The notes: a model not told the origin generated them from the sequence alone. 64,000 nt of DNA from an uncultured delta proteobacterium (GCA_963789395.1 CAWBKP010000014.1:160001-224000), one strand, 5' to 3'; counted from the stretch's first letter, positions 10,159 through 20,717 are shown. Program-made: numbers and translations.

Positions 10159-11031
10159 GTGCAAATGAATACAAAAACACCATCAAAATCCGGTGATAAA
10201 TACCGGCTGAGTTCCCTGGAACGTGTTTTCGATGTGTTGGAGTGCTTTTCCGACGACAAAAGAGAGCTCAGCCTGGCTGAAATTACGAAATTGACGGGAC
10301 TCAACCACACGTCCCTCAAGCGGATTGTTTTCACATTGACCCGGCGAAATTATCTTCGACAGGACGAGACGACCAGAAAATACCAGCTTGGAATGAAGCT
10401 ATTTGAGTTTGGCGGGCTTGTTTATAAATCAATTTCCCTTCGGTCCGCCACAGACTCGCTCCTGTCCGAACTTAGCGATGAAACTGGCCTCACCGTTCTT
10501 CTGGGAAATATTCTGGACGGGTTTCTAACTTATTTGGACTTTAAAGAAGGCAAAAATCCCATCCGGATATCCTCCAGCATCGGCATCCGTCGTCCGCCCC
10601 ATTTCGGAATGCTGGGCCAGATTTTGATGGCTTTTTCCCCGCCCGCTGTTGTGAAACACCTCCTGGAAATTCATCCGCTTCAACGCTATACATCTCAAAC
10701 CGTCATTGATCCCGAAATGTTTCAAAAACGGCTGGAAACCATTCGCGAGAATGGTTATGTAATCGAGTTTGAAGAAGCCTGGATCGGCGTTATGGGCATT
10801 GCCGCACCGATCTGGAAAGCCGGAAAAAAACTTGCCGGAGCCATTGGCATCGCAACGATAATTTCAAAAATTCACAATAACCAGGATGATCTTTTAAAAC
10901 ACCTTCTGCAAACAGCCGCCAAAATTTCCGTTGCCTTAGGCGGGATAAGCAAACCAGAAGATTATTTTAATACAGCAGCGTTTGCTGTAATGGATCCCTC
11001 GATTCAATCATCACTTGAAAATGCAGATTGA
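10159..11031 (+). CDS. IclR family transcriptional regulator
   Basis: N-terminal HTH (SLERVFDVLECF...LSLAEIT) and C-terminal effector domain (IRENGY, GIAAPI). Confidence 0.92.
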   Translation: MQMNTKTPSKSGDKYRLSSLERVFDVLECFSDDKRELSLAEITKLTGLNHTSLKRIVFTLTRRNYLRQDETTRKYQLGMKLFEFGGLVYKSISLRSATDSLLSELSDETGLTVLLGNILDGFLTYLDFKEGKNPIRISSSIGIRRPPHFGMLGQILMAFSPPAVVKHLLEIHPLQRYTSQTVIDPEMFQKRLETIRENGYVIEFEEAWIGVMGIAAPIWKAGKKLAGAIGIATIISKIHNNQDDLLKHLLQTAAKISVALGGISKPEDYFNTAAFAVMDPSIQSSLENAD

Positions 11032-11081
11032 TTTCCCCGGCAAAGCCGCTCTTCCCGTCTTAAGATCCATCAGCAAATAAA

Positions 11082-11879
11082 ATGGTAATTGATTCTCATA
11101 CGCACATATTTCCTCGGCAGAAGGCAGCGGTTATCCTATCTAAATTATCGAGCCGGGCAGCCATCCCCCATTTTACGGAAGGCACCCTTGATGGTCTGTT
11201 GAATTCAATGAATACCGCGGGTATCCACCTGTCTTTGATCAGCAGGATTACGACCCGTCCGGAACAGGTGGACCCCGTCAACCGTTGGCTTTACGGCCTC
11301 AGGCGCGAAAACATTCTACCAATGGCCACGATTCATCCGGATATGCCGGACGGACAGTCTTATATAAAAAAATTAAAGGACAAAGGGTTCTCCGGGATTA
11401 AGCTTCACCCGGACTACCAGGGGTTTGATGCCGATGACAGGCGAATGTATCCGCTTTATGAGGCGTTGCAGGATCTGCAACTGCCCGTTTTATTTCATGC
11501 GGGCCTGGATCGCGGATTACCCCCTCCCTTTCGCGCCATGCCGGCGCATTTGCTCAAAGTCCATCGACAATTTCCCAATCTGGTGATGATCGCGGCTCAT
11601 ATGGGCGGCGAGGACAACTACGATGAAACCGAAGCCTGTTTATTGGGAACGGATATCTATCTGGATACCGCCTTTGTCCTGAGGCTGATGAATCAAGACA
11701 CCCTTGAGCGATTTTTCCGAATGCATCCGATTGAACGTTTTTTGTTCGGGAGCGACAGCCCGTTTACCGATCAGTTCACCGAATTGAATTATTTACAAAA
11801 TCTTCCTTTTCTCAGCCAGGACGCCAAAGAAAAAATTGCGGGAAAGAATGCCGCGGAACTTTTGGGGATCAGTTCATGA
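11082..11879 (+). CDS. Amidohydrolase_2 family metal-dependent hydrolase
   Basis: IDSHTH, GIKLHP, LFHAG, AAHMGG, YLDTA and LFGSDSP motifs. Confidence 0.9.
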   Translation: MVIDSHTHIFPRQKAAVILSKLSSRAAIPHFTEGTLDGLLNSMNTAGIHLSLISRITTRPEQVDPVNRWLYGLRRENILPMATIHPDMPDGQSYIKKLKDKGFSGIKLHPDYQGFDADDRRMYPLYEALQDLQLPVLFHAGLDRGLPPPFRAMPAHLLKVHRQFPNLVMIAAHMGGEDNYDETEACLLGTDIYLDTAFVLRLMNQDTLERFFRMHPIERFLFGSDSPFTDQFTELNYLQNLPFLSQDAKEKIAGKNAAELLGISS

Positions 11880-11982
11880 TAATCGGGGTTGTTGGCCTTG
11901 ATCGTCGTTTTTAACCATCCCTCATCAGGGCCTGTTTCCCGTTCTGCAGTGGGATTTGCGCGGGGTTTGAGCCCCTGGCCGG

Positions 11983-12171
11983 TTATATTTCACTGTCCAG
12001 ATCCGCAACTTCGGCAATATTGATTTCCAGCATCTTCAGACTGGCCAGAATGCGAACCATGTTTCGCTCCAGTGCCGGAAGGCCGGTGCCCTCGGCTCGG
12101 AGATCTTCCGCGCTTTGTTTCATCAACATGATCTTGCGGCCGATTCTCTGTATGTCCATATCCTGATACAT
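11983..12171 (-). CDS. Small hypothetical helical protein
   Basis: 62 aa with an AAGGAG RBS, 20 nt downstream of the PaaK-like gene. Confidence 0.7.
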   Translation of the reverse strand: MYQDMDIQRIGRKIMLMKQSAEDLRAEGTGLPALERNMVRILASLKMLEINIAEVADLDSEI

Positions 12172-12191
12172 GGGGTCTCCTTTGACTGTGA

Positions 12192-13520
12192 TTATTTTCT
12201 TAAATCCTTGAACCGTCGGGCCTTGACCTCATATCGCGGCAGTTCGCCCATCGCATAAAATTGCAGATCATATCTCAAATTGGTTTTCAGCCTCAGTTGA
12301 TCGGTTAATTCCTTCTCGATTTCCGCCCGCTGGCTTTGGACATCGGGAAGAAACTCCACCTTGAGCGTGATTCGATCCGTATCGCCTTTCTTTTCGACGA
12401 CGACCTCGTATTCGTTTCCAAGTCCGGAAACACCTCTGACCACCTCTTCGATGGCTGATGGCGACAGCAGGACACCCTTTACTTTGGTGATGTCATCCGC
12501 ACGGCCCTGGACCCCGCCCTTGATCAAACGGTAGGATCTGCCGCAGGGGCAGGCATGATCGGCCCATTCGATCACATCCTTGGAATCAAACCGGACACAG
12601 GGCTGGGCAATGCGGTCAAACGCCGTGATGATCATTTTACCTTTCCGGCCCGGTTCGGTGATAAGTTCGCCGGTATCGACATCCTGAATTTCAACCAGAA
12701 ACATGCCCTCATTGACATGAAGACCGCCGGATTGGGCCTGGCATTCATAGCACCAGGCGCCGATTTCCGTTGCACCCGAATGGTCGTATACTTTGGCGCC
12801 CCAGGCCGATTCCATCCGGCGTTTGGTGCTCGGTATACTTGCGCCGCATTCTCCGGCACAGGTGATTTTATCAATGGTTAATGACGCGGGATCGATCCCC
12901 AGCTGATTTCGGGCCGCATCCGCCATGCCCAGAACATAGGTCGGGGTAGCCATCATGGCTGTTGCCTTCAGTTCCTGGATCTTCAGCAGCCTGGCTGCTG
13001 TATCCAGCACGCCGCCAGGCACCACCTCGCATCCGACTTTCTCGGCGCCGTAATGTCCGGCCCAGAACGCCACAAAAATATTGTAGCCAAACGGAATGAA
13101 TACCCGGTCTTTCGGACGGTATCCCTGGGCCCAGAGAATATACGCCCAGCACTCGGCCCACCATTCCCAATCCTGCCAGGTGTCCGGCTGATACACGGGC
13201 TGGCCCGTCGTGCCGCTGGTCTGCCGGAATTCTGTTACATCCTCTATCGGCACACACAGGGCGTCCCCGTATGGAAACGGGTCCTTGCGCTGAATGTCGC
13301 GCATCATGGATTTTTCCACTGTCGGCACATGCCGGATGTCGTCCAGGCTGCGGATGTCCGGAGGACGGATCCCTGCCCGGTCATAAATGCTCCGATGAAA
13401 CCGGGAGTTATCGTAGGCCCATTTGAAAATTCGCTGAAATTTTTTCAGCTGAAGCCGCTGAAGCCGTTCCATATCCAGGGTTTCGAGAATCGGATTCCAG
13501 TAAGGGGATGTATCTATCAT
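12192..13520 (-). CDS. paaK: Phenylacetate-CoA ligase family protein
   Basis: QTSGTTGQP, YDHSGATE, CPCGR, GRADD, VKGV and KARRFKDLR. AGGAG RBS. The actual substrate is not established. Confidence 0.88.
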   Translation of the reverse strand: MIDTSPYWNPILETLDMERLQRLQLKKFQRIFKWAYDNSRFHRSIYDRAGIRPPDIRSLDDIRHVPTVEKSMMRDIQRKDPFPYGDALCVPIEDVTEFRQTSGTTGQPVYQPDTWQDWEWWAECWAYILWAQGYRPKDRVFIPFGYNIFVAFWAGHYGAEKVGCEVVPGGVLDTAARLLKIQELKATAMMATPTYVLGMADAARNQLGIDPASLTIDKITCAGECGASIPSTKRRMESAWGAKVYDHSGATEIGAWCYECQAQSGGLHVNEGMFLVEIQDVDTGELITEPGRKGKMIITAFDRIAQPCVRFDSKDVIEWADHACPCGRSYRLIKGGVQGRADDITKVKGVLLSPSAIEEVVRGVSGLGNEYEVVVEKKGDTDRITLKVEFLPDVQSQRAEIEKELTDQLRLKTNLRYDLQFYAMGELPRYEVKARRFKDLRK

Positions 13521-13641
13521 CAGTTTCTCCTAAAGAAATGAAAATTGCGGTAAGTCGCTGATTGAATTCAAACGTATCAGAAACATAGACCATTACAGGC
13601 AGCGCAGGTGATGAAAAAATCTTCATTGAAGAATCAGCGGT

Positions 13642-14913
13642 TCATCCACGGGCTGCAGGTTCAATCAGCTGACCCAGCCGGATATGCTGCCACGAATACG
13701 CGGCGCCGGACTGCGGAATCTTTTTCCATTTGCTTCTCAACCGGTAGATGTCGTCCTTGCGCCACATGGCCCCTATCAATAATCCGATGGCATCGGCATA
13801 TTTGCCGATGGCTTGCCCGCCGATCACCTTGCCGTCAAGCAAAATAACCCGCAAATAATCTTTTCCGCTTTCCTTTTCAATCAGCTCGGATTTTCCCAGG
13901 AGGCACTCGGTCGCGCGCATGGTTTTTCCAAACGTAGCGGCATGGGTATTAAAAAAATGCGCTCTGGCAAACGCATAGGCACCGAGGTATCTGACATTGT
14001 CTCCCAAAATGTTTTTTGCCACGATCTGGGCCTGTTCAATTGCGTTATGTTTCAGCTGAAACATCGCCACCTCGCCGGTGCAGGCGTCAATGGTTTCCAC
14101 GCAGTCCCCGCAGGCGTAGATATCCGAAACGGAGGTTTCCATCTTTCTGTTGACCTGGATACCGCGCCCCGTTTCAATCCCCGCAGTCCTGGCAAGCGCA
14201 GTTCCGGGAACCACGCCCGTTGCGACCACCACCGTATCGCATGCAATCTCCCGTTTATCTGTCACAACGCCGGTAACCCGGGTATCCCCTTCAATCCGCA
14301 GGACTTTTTCACCGGTATGCACATGAATCCCATACCCTTCCATCGCCGCTTCCAGTCTTTTGGCGGTGGACTCATCAAACAACGCCGGCAGAATCCATCC
14401 GAGGAGCTCGATGATATAAACGTCATATCCTTTTTTCTTTAAAGCTTCCGCCGCCTCTATCCCGATGGCGCCGGATCCGATAACGACCGCGCTTCTCCCG
14501 TTGTGGGATTCAAGCTTTTCGGTTTCATGCAGCTGCTTGCAGCTAAAAACGCCCGCGTTACAGATACCCGCAATCGGCGGAATAAAAAGATCACCGCCAT
14601 GAGCCAGCACAAGCTTGTCGTAGCCGATTTCCACACCCGTATCGGTTGTGACGGATTTGGCCTCCGGTGCAATGGAAACAACCTTTTGATTGAATTTCAG
14701 ATCGATGTTGTGTTGCTTGTAATCTTCCATTTTTTTTCTGAAAACAGCTTTTTTTTCAACATCGCCGCCCAGAAAATACGGAAGCGAGCACGGATCATAT
14801 TCCGGAACGGCCTCGGCGGAAAGGATACAAATCTCGGATTCCTTGTCCCTTTCCCGAATCGAAAAGGCCACTTGATTGCCAGCAATTCCATTTCCCACAA
14901 TAACGACTTTCAT
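13642..14913 (-). CDS. NAD(P)/FAD-dependent oxidoreductase (AorC-like)
   Basis: VIVGNGIAG and VIGSGAIGIE dinucleotide folds, IYACGD. Sits beside an Fe-S subunit and the AOR. Confidence 0.88.
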   Translation of the reverse strand: MKVVIVGNGIAGNQVAFSIRERDKESEICILSAEAVPEYDPCSLPYFLGGDVEKKAVFRKKMEDYKQHNIDLKFNQKVVSIAPEAKSVTTDTGVEIGYDKLVLAHGGDLFIPPIAGICNAGVFSCKQLHETEKLESHNGRSAVVIGSGAIGIEAAEALKKKGYDVYIIELLGWILPALFDESTAKRLEAAMEGYGIHVHTGEKVLRIEGDTRVTGVVTDKREIACDTVVVATGVVPGTALARTAGIETGRGIQVNRKMETSVSDIYACGDCVETIDACTGEVAMFQLKHNAIEQAQIVAKNILGDNVRYLGAYAFARAHFFNTHAATFGKTMRATECLLGKSELIEKESGKDYLRVILLDGKVIGGQAIGKYADAIGLLIGAMWRKDDIYRLRSKWKKIPQSGAAYSWQHIRLGQLIEPAARG

Positions 14914-14986
14914 GGCGCCTGCTTATAATAAAGTTTTACGTTTCATATTAAACGGCGTTCTTTCTTTCCGCCGTGGGTCCGTCAGC

Positions 14987-15505
14987 TTAATTGGCCGGAA
15001 ATATCGATCTTGATCGACCCGCCCGCTCTCTTGCGACTTCCTTTGTGAGCGCATCGCTTTTACAGACCTTGAGCGCCCCTTCGCGGTTACAGGCAGTGAC
15101 ACACCAGGGTCCGGAGGCATCGTCCTTGCACATATCGCAGGTCATCGTCTGACCCGTGTAAGGGTTAGCCGCCGGGCTGCCGACCGGGCAGATATAAACA
15201 CACGCCCTGCATCCGATACACACCTCGGTATCCGTTACGACGGTTCCGTTTGTCTGCCGGACCCGTGCGTTCATGGGGCACACCTTTATACAGGGGGCGC
15301 CATCACACGCCATGCAGATGACCGGAACGTTAAGCGCCTGGTTTTCAAGTCTGAGGATCCTGATTCTGGCAAGCTGTGGATTGATGTTGCCGTGGTGTTT
15401 CATCGAACAGGCTATCGTACACCGATGGCACCCCGTACATTTGTTTGGATCGACCAGCAATTGTTCACGCCTTGTTTCCATGGTGCTGCCTTTGTGGAAT
15501 TCCAT
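14987..15505 (-). CDS. 4Fe-4S dicluster protein (AorA/DmsB-like)
   Basis: CTGCHRC...C, CMACDGAPC, CIGCRACVYICP and CDMC. Start may be 15481. Confidence 0.9.
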   Translation of the reverse strand: MEFHKGSTMETRREQLLVDPNKCTGCHRCTIACSMKHHGNINPQLARIRILRLENQALNVPVICMACDGAPCIKVCPMNARVRQTNGTVVTDTEVCIGCRACVYICPVGSPAANPYTGQTMTCDMCKDDASGPWCVTACNREGALKVCKSDALTKEVARERAGRSRSIFPAN

Positions 15506-15562
15506 ACAATCGTTTCGTTATTCAGGTTTTGACCCGCTTCGGACCAGAACGCGCAAGTTTGA

Positions 15563-15718
15563 TTCATTATAATGAACCATACATTCCCTTGTTGTTTAAT
15601 ATGAATTTAATTTCATGTCAAATAAAAAATGCTTTTATCCTTATATAATAGGACTCTTGAATAAAATATAACTTGACATCGAAAATAGCCATAGTATAGT
15701 GAATTTCACTATGATGAA
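15563..15718. promoter_or_regulatory. Divergent promoter region with paired palindromic operators
   Basis: TTCATTATAATGAA (15563-15576, perfect palindrome) and TTCACTATGATGAA (15705-15718). TTGACA-16-TATAGT at 15673-15700. Confidence 0.7.
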
Positions 15719-15757
15719 TTTATTGCCAAAATTAACCCCAACGCAAGGAGTTTTAAT

Positions 15758-16036
15758 ATGGCCACAGAAAATGAAAAATTTTCCGCCTCAGAATCGCTTC
15801 GCAAGACCCGGACTTTCGGTAAGGTCAGGTGCCATAACCCGAGCTGCATGGGTCGATTGGAGCCCAGTCCCGGCAGCCAGCAAATTTCATGCCCGACCTG
15901 CGGCATGACCTATCGGCTTTTCTGGGTGACACCGGAACTGCCGAGAATTCGCGGTCCGGTCTGGGAAGTGAACCGAAAAATAGCCGAGGAAACATTGGCC
16001 GCAAAATTAGGATCGTCCACGGACGCTTCCAAATAG
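15758..16036 (+). CDS. Small Zn-ribbon/rubredoxin-like protein
   Basis: 92 aa, CHNPSC...CPTC, AAGGAG RBS. First gene of the AOR operon. Confidence 0.75.
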   Translation: MATENEKFSASESLRKTRTFGKVRCHNPSCMGRLEPSPGSQQISCPTCGMTYRLFWVTPELPRIRGPVWEVNRKIAEETLAAKLGSSTDASK

Positions 16037-16054
16037 ATAAGGAGGGAACGCAAA

Positions 16055-17995
16055 ATGGCACTGGATCGGAAAATTGCATACATCGATCTTACGACCGGCA
16101 ACACGGAGATCAAACCCATTCCGCTGGAAATCAGAAAGAAATTCATGGGCGGCCGCGGCCTGGACGCCTACCTGCTTTACAACAACACGCCCAAAGGCTG
16201 TGATCCGCTGGGCCCTGAAAATGCGTTAATCGTCAGCGGCGGTCTTCTGACAGCCACCTGCGCTTCCGCCACGGCCAGAACTCATATCATGGCCAAATCC
16301 CCTCTTACCGGCCTATTGGGCAGCACCAATATGGGCGGGTTTTTCGCCCCTGAACTGGCCTGGGCCGGATTTCATCATCTGGTAATCAAGGGCAAGGCGG
16401 AAAAACCGGTTTATCTGTGGATACACAATGGCCAGATTGAAATCCGCGATGCCGCAAACCTGTGGGGAAAAACAGCAACGGAGACCCAATGGGCAATCCG
16501 CGATGAGCTGGGGGACCAGGAGATAAAAAGTGCTGTTATCGGACAGGCCGGCGAAAATTTAGTGACCTATGCCTGTGTCATGACCGGAATCAAAAACGCC
16601 GGCGGCCGTACGGGGATGGGATGCGTGATGGGCTCTAAAAACCTCAAGGCCATCGCCACCAGAGGCACGATGGATATCAAAATCTCCCATCCTATCGATG
16701 CCCTGGAACATAACAAGAAGTTCATCGATCAGATCACCAGCGCCAAGGTCAACAAAACCCAGGGCACCCTGGGAACCCCCTTTATCTGGGGCGCGACCAA
16801 CTGCTGGGGCGGCGTTCGCACCAGAAACTTCCAGTACAACCAGATGGAGTACGCCGATGAGATCGAACCGGAGGCCATCGATGATGCCGCCACCGAAACC
16901 ATGGGGCCCCATCACATGGCGGGATGTTTCGGCTGCCAGGTGCACTGCCGCGCTCAATACAAAATTCAGACCGGCTTCTACGCCGGGAAATACGATGAAG
17001 GGCCGGAATATACCTCTCAGGGCGCCTTTAACAGCGAACCGGACTGCAAAAAACTCGAGACGCTGTTGACCGCCAACCACCTGGTGAATCAGTATGGCGT
17101 GGACAACCTTGAAATCGGGAGCATGATCTCCTGGGCCATGGAGCTTTATGAGCTGGGAATCCTCACCAATAAAGAAACCGACGGGCTGGAGCTTCGTTTC
17201 GGAAATGATGAAGCGCTGATAGAGATGGTCCATCGCATCTGCAACCGCAAGGGCTGGCTGGGCAATGTACTGGCGGACGGCGGCATCCCGGCATCGCAGG
17301 CTATCGGAAAAAATTCCTTTGATTACCTCATCCAGGTCAAGGGAATGAACAACCTCCACTCTGATGAACGGTCCACACCGGCCCTGGCGTTGAATATCGC
17401 CACCGCTTCCCGCGGCTCCGATCATTTACGAAGCCGACCGGCCATCGACCTGTATCATCTGCCTGAAAACGTGCTGAGAAAAATTTACAGCAGCCCGGTT
17501 CCCTATGACGGCCCCCTGTCTTCGGAGTCGACCGAATACATCGGCAAACCCTGGCAGGTTTTCTGGCAGGAGAACTGCTACATGGCCGTCGATTGTCTGG
17601 GAATATGCAAATATCACACGGTTTTTTTGGGGGCGACGCTGCCTAACTTCGAGGATTGGCCCAAGGTAATTTACTACAACACGGGTCTCGAGTTTACCCC
17701 CAAAGAAATTTGGGATGTTGCCGAGCGATGCAACAACCTCGAAAGACTTTTCAATTTACGGGAAGGGTTGACCCGAGACGACCCGGTCAAAGGCGATACG
17801 CTCAATCATCGTTATTTTGACGAACCCTGCCGAAGGGGCGCCCCGGACGTTATCGGCGCACGCATCGACCGGGAAAAATTCAAGATCATGGTGGATGCGT
17901 TCTATGAACATCATGGCTGGGATAAAGACGGTGTCCCGACGCCTGAAACTTTAAAGCGCCTGGGCCTGGAAAATGAACCGACGCATTTGCTTTAG
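16055..17995 (+). CDS. aor: Tungsten-dependent aldehyde:ferredoxin oxidoreductase family protein
   Basis: GGRGL, AKSPLTG, GGRTGMGCVMGSKNLKA, CFGCQVHC, EGPEY, RGSDH, CLGIC and GWDKDGVPT. Confidence 0.93.
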   Translation: MALDRKIAYIDLTTGNTEIKPIPLEIRKKFMGGRGLDAYLLYNNTPKGCDPLGPENALIVSGGLLTATCASATARTHIMAKSPLTGLLGSTNMGGFFAPELAWAGFHHLVIKGKAEKPVYLWIHNGQIEIRDAANLWGKTATETQWAIRDELGDQEIKSAVIGQAGENLVTYACVMTGIKNAGGRTGMGCVMGSKNLKAIATRGTMDIKISHPIDALEHNKKFIDQITSAKVNKTQGTLGTPFIWGATNCWGGVRTRNFQYNQMEYADEIEPEAIDDAATETMGPHHMAGCFGCQVHCRAQYKIQTGFYAGKYDEGPEYTSQGAFNSEPDCKKLETLLTANHLVNQYGVDNLEIGSMISWAMELYELGILTNKETDGLELRFGNDEALIEMVHRICNRKGWLGNVLADGGIPASQAIGKNSFDYLIQVKGMNNLHSDERSTPALALNIATASRGSDHLRSRPAIDLYHLPENVLRKIYSSPVPYDGPLSSESTEYIGKPWQVFWQENCYMAVDCLGICKYHTVFLGATLPNFEDWPKVIYYNTGLEFTPKEIWDVAERCNNLERLFNLREGLTRDDPVKGDTLNHRYFDEPCRRGAPDVIGARIDREKFKIMVDAFYEHHGWDKDGVPTPETLKRLGLENEPTHLL

Positions 17996-18016
17996 AACCA
18001 ATCGAAGGAGAATATA

Positions 18017-18514
18017 ATGGATAAATTTCTAACGGTTAACTCCGATAAATGCACCGGCTGCCGTCTTTGCGAACAGGTTTGTTCCGTCATGCATGAAGGC
18101 GTTTCCAACCCGGCCAAGAGTAGAATTCAAATCGTGAAGTGGGAACAGGAGGGGCTTTATATTCCGATGATTTGCCACCAGTGCGAGGATGCGCCCTGCA
18201 AGAACGTCTGCCCGGTGGGGGCCATTTCCCGGGACAAGGATTTCGGTTTCCTGAATGTGAATTATGATGTCTGCATCGGCTGTCGCTCATGCGTCAACAT
18301 CTGCCCGTTTGGCGCCATGAATTACAATATGACGGCGCGCAAGGTATTCAAATGCGATTTATGCGGCGGAAACCCACAGTGCGTGCGGTTTTGTGATGAA
18401 AAAGCGGTGGACTTCATCACGGCCGATGTCGTGAGTGCAAAGAAGAAAAGAGAAAGCGCCTCGCGCCAATCCGCGGCGCAACGACAAACTCCGTTCGTAA
18501 GCGAGCATGCATAG
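18017..18514 (+). CDS. 4Fe-4S dicluster protein (AOR electron-transfer subunit)
   Basis: CTGCRLCEQVC, CHQCEDAPC, CIGCRSCVNICP and KCDLC. Confidence 0.92.
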   Translation: MDKFLTVNSDKCTGCRLCEQVCSVMHEGVSNPAKSRIQIVKWEQEGLYIPMICHQCEDAPCKNVCPVGAISRDKDFGFLNVNYDVCIGCRSCVNICPFGAMNYNMTARKVFKCDLCGGNPQCVRFCDEKAVDFITADVVSAKKKRESASRQSAAQRQTPFVSEHA

Positions 18515-18638
18515 TCCGCATGCACGGAATTCGCCGGGTTGATGGGCTTTCATCCGGAAACGGCATTTTCCGATCCGCTGTTACCGGATGAACGGCCTCG
18601 CGATGCAAAACAGGGCATCGGGCGTTACGGCTGGTTTT

Positions 18639-19478
18639 TTAAGCGTTTCTTTCAATGCCGTAACTGCCCTCATCCAGCTCGTAACGGAGTTTTTCAGCCT
18701 TCTCCCTGGCGATATCTGCTATTTTTTTCATTTTATCCGTATCCATGCTTGCCGATATCCCCACCACCCACAGGGCCGCCGGAAGCCCCCGCCGGTTGTG
18801 CAGGGCGACGGCGACCGCACGGATTCCCTGGAGATATTCTTCAATGTCGACGGCATATCCCTGAGCACGAACGTGATCCAGTTCCATCAGGTATTCCGTT
18901 GCGTCGGTGATGGATCGCGGGGTGTAGCGGCGAAGCCCGTGTTTTTGAATCAGTTGTATGGCATGATCCGGAGTTTCATCGGAAAGAAATACTTTTCCGA
19001 CGGCGCCCCCTAAAAGGGGAATGGTCGATCCGACCGGCACGGATATTTTCAGGGATTCAGAAGCTTCGGCGGTTGTGATGATCAAAACCCGATTGCGGAT
19101 ACGAACGCCTAAAATCACCGTCTCGCTGATGCTGTCCCGGATATCGTTCAGTATCGGTTGCGCCAGTTCGTTTACTTTTTCCTGGTGCCAGTCGGAAAAC
19201 AGCAGCTCGGCAATGGCCGGCCCGAGGTAGAGCTTATGAGCGCCGGTGCCCTGGGTAAGCGCGCCCTCTCTGAGCAAGGCATGGACAAGACCATGGGTCG
19301 TGCTCTTGCTATACCCGAGCTGTTGCGCCAACTCCACGATTCCGAGGCTCTTTTGTGATCGCGCCACGCTTCTGAGTAATTGAAATGCCTTATGCACGGC
19401 AGGTGCTTTATAGCCGGCGGGCTGATTATTGTCTTTGGTATGGTGCGGATCGTCCGATTTCACGATTTTCTTTCTCAT
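18639..19478 (-). CDS. IclR family transcriptional regulator
   Basis: APAVHKAFQLL...SKSTTHGLV HTH, GAVGKVFL, QGYAVDIEEY. Confidence 0.92.
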   Translation of the reverse strand: MRKKIVKSDDPHHTKDNNQPAGYKAPAVHKAFQLLRSVARSQKSLGIVELAQQLGYSKSTTHGLVHALLREGALTQGTGAHKLYLGPAIAELLFSDWHQEKVNELAQPILNDIRDSISETVILGVRIRNRVLIITTAEASESLKISVPVGSTIPLLGGAVGKVFLSDETPDHAIQLIQKHGLRRYTPRSITDATEYLMELDHVRAQGYAVDIEEYLQGIRAVAVALHNRRGLPAALWVVGISASMDTDKMKKIADIAREKAEKLRYELDEGSYGIERNA

Positions 19479-19672
19479 TGTAATTTATTGGGTTCATTAT
19501 AGTGGGCAACTTATCGACCACTCCGGGAAAAGTCAAGAAGGGAGATCTTGTATTTTTTCATGCTGATACATAGTACCCATGGACAAAACATCTGTATTTC
19601 ATTAAAGAAAAAATATCCCCCAATTAATTCGTTCAAATGAACTCACGGAAAGAAATCTGATTGGAGCGTGCC

Positions 19673-20470
19673 ATGACTTCCATACTCTCCGCCGAAGAAC
19701 TTGATCGATATGACCGCCAGATTTTGATCGATGAAATCGGAACGTCCGGCCAGGAACGGCTGAAGAACGGGAAGGTATTTATCTGCGGGGCCGGCGGCCT
19801 CGGCTCACCGGTTGCGCTTTATCTATCAGCGGCGGGTGTCGGAACCCTTACCCTGATTGACCATGATCGGGTTGCCTTAAGCAATCTGAATCGGCAGATC
19901 CTTCATGGCGACACCGATATCGGGCGGCGAAAAGTCGATTCCGCCAGCGAAACACTTGGCAAAATGAATTCCCTTGTCACCATTAACGCGATCGACACTA
20001 CCCTGACCACGGAAAACGCCGAGGAGTTGATATCCGGCCATGATGTCGTCATCGATGCGCTCGACAATCTGGAGACCCGCTACATCCTTAACCAGGCGGC
20101 CCTGAATCAACGGATTGCCTTTGTGCACGGAGCGGTCAGCGGATTTGAAGGGCGGGTTCTGACGGTCATCCCCGGCAAGAGCACCTGTTTGCGGTGCCTT
20201 TACCGGGGGCCGGTTGCCAAGGCCGCCAGATTTCCGGTGATTGGGGTTGCGCCGGCGGTGATCGGCGCCATTCAGGCCACGGAAGCAATTAAAATCCTTA
20301 CGGGAATCGGGAAATTGTTGACGGACCGACTGATCATCTATGACGGCCTGAAGCTGACCTGGAAAGAATTCAAGGTAAAGAAAAACCCGGAATGCGATCA
20401 TTGCGGCCAGCCAAACGGATCAATTATAAAAAAAGGAATGACTCATGAGCGTCACCCTCAACATTCATAA
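19673..20470 (+). CDS. moeB: MoeB/ThiF family adenylyltransferase
   Basis: RYDRQI, GAGGLGS, SNLNRQ, DALDN, CLRC and CDHC. Confidence 0.9.
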   Translation: MTSILSAEELDRYDRQILIDEIGTSGQERLKNGKVFICGAGGLGSPVALYLSAAGVGTLTLIDHDRVALSNLNRQILHGDTDIGRRKVDSASETLGKMNSLVTINAIDTTLTTENAEELISGHDVVIDALDNLETRYILNQAALNQRIAFVHGAVSGFEGRVLTVIPGKSTCLRCLYRGPVAKAARFPVIGVAPAVIGAIQATEAIKILTGIGKLLTDRLIIYDGLKLTWKEFKVKKNPECDHCGQPNGSIIKKGMTHERHPQHS

Positions 20471-20717
20471 AACGCACCGACAGTTCACTTCCGGACTCGA
20501 TACCATCCAGGTTGAAGGAGATACCGTAGGAAACTGCCTTAACAGCCTGATCGGGCGATTCCCTGAAATGAAAGCAGCCATTTTTGACGGGAATGGGAAA
20601 TTGAAAAATCAAATCGAAATCTACTTGAACATGGAAAGCGCGTACCCGGATGAACTGAAAAAAAAGGTGCAAGCCGGAGATGAGATTTATATCACCGTTA
20701 TGCTGGCCGGAGGATAA
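20445..20717 (+). CDS. moaD: MoaD/ThiS sulfur carrier protein
   Basis: 90 aa ubiquitin-like protein ending in AGG, coupled to moeB. Confidence 0.9.
   Translation: MSVTLNIHKTHRQFTSGLDTIQVEGDTVGNCLNSLIGRFPEMKAAIFDGNGKLKNQIEIYLNMESAYPDELKKKVQAGDEIYITVMLAGG

Noticed and set aside
16055..17995. A second BamB
   Set aside because: Lacks WGNARTRR, the KC W-ligand context and TQIEG. It has ordinary AOR motifs.
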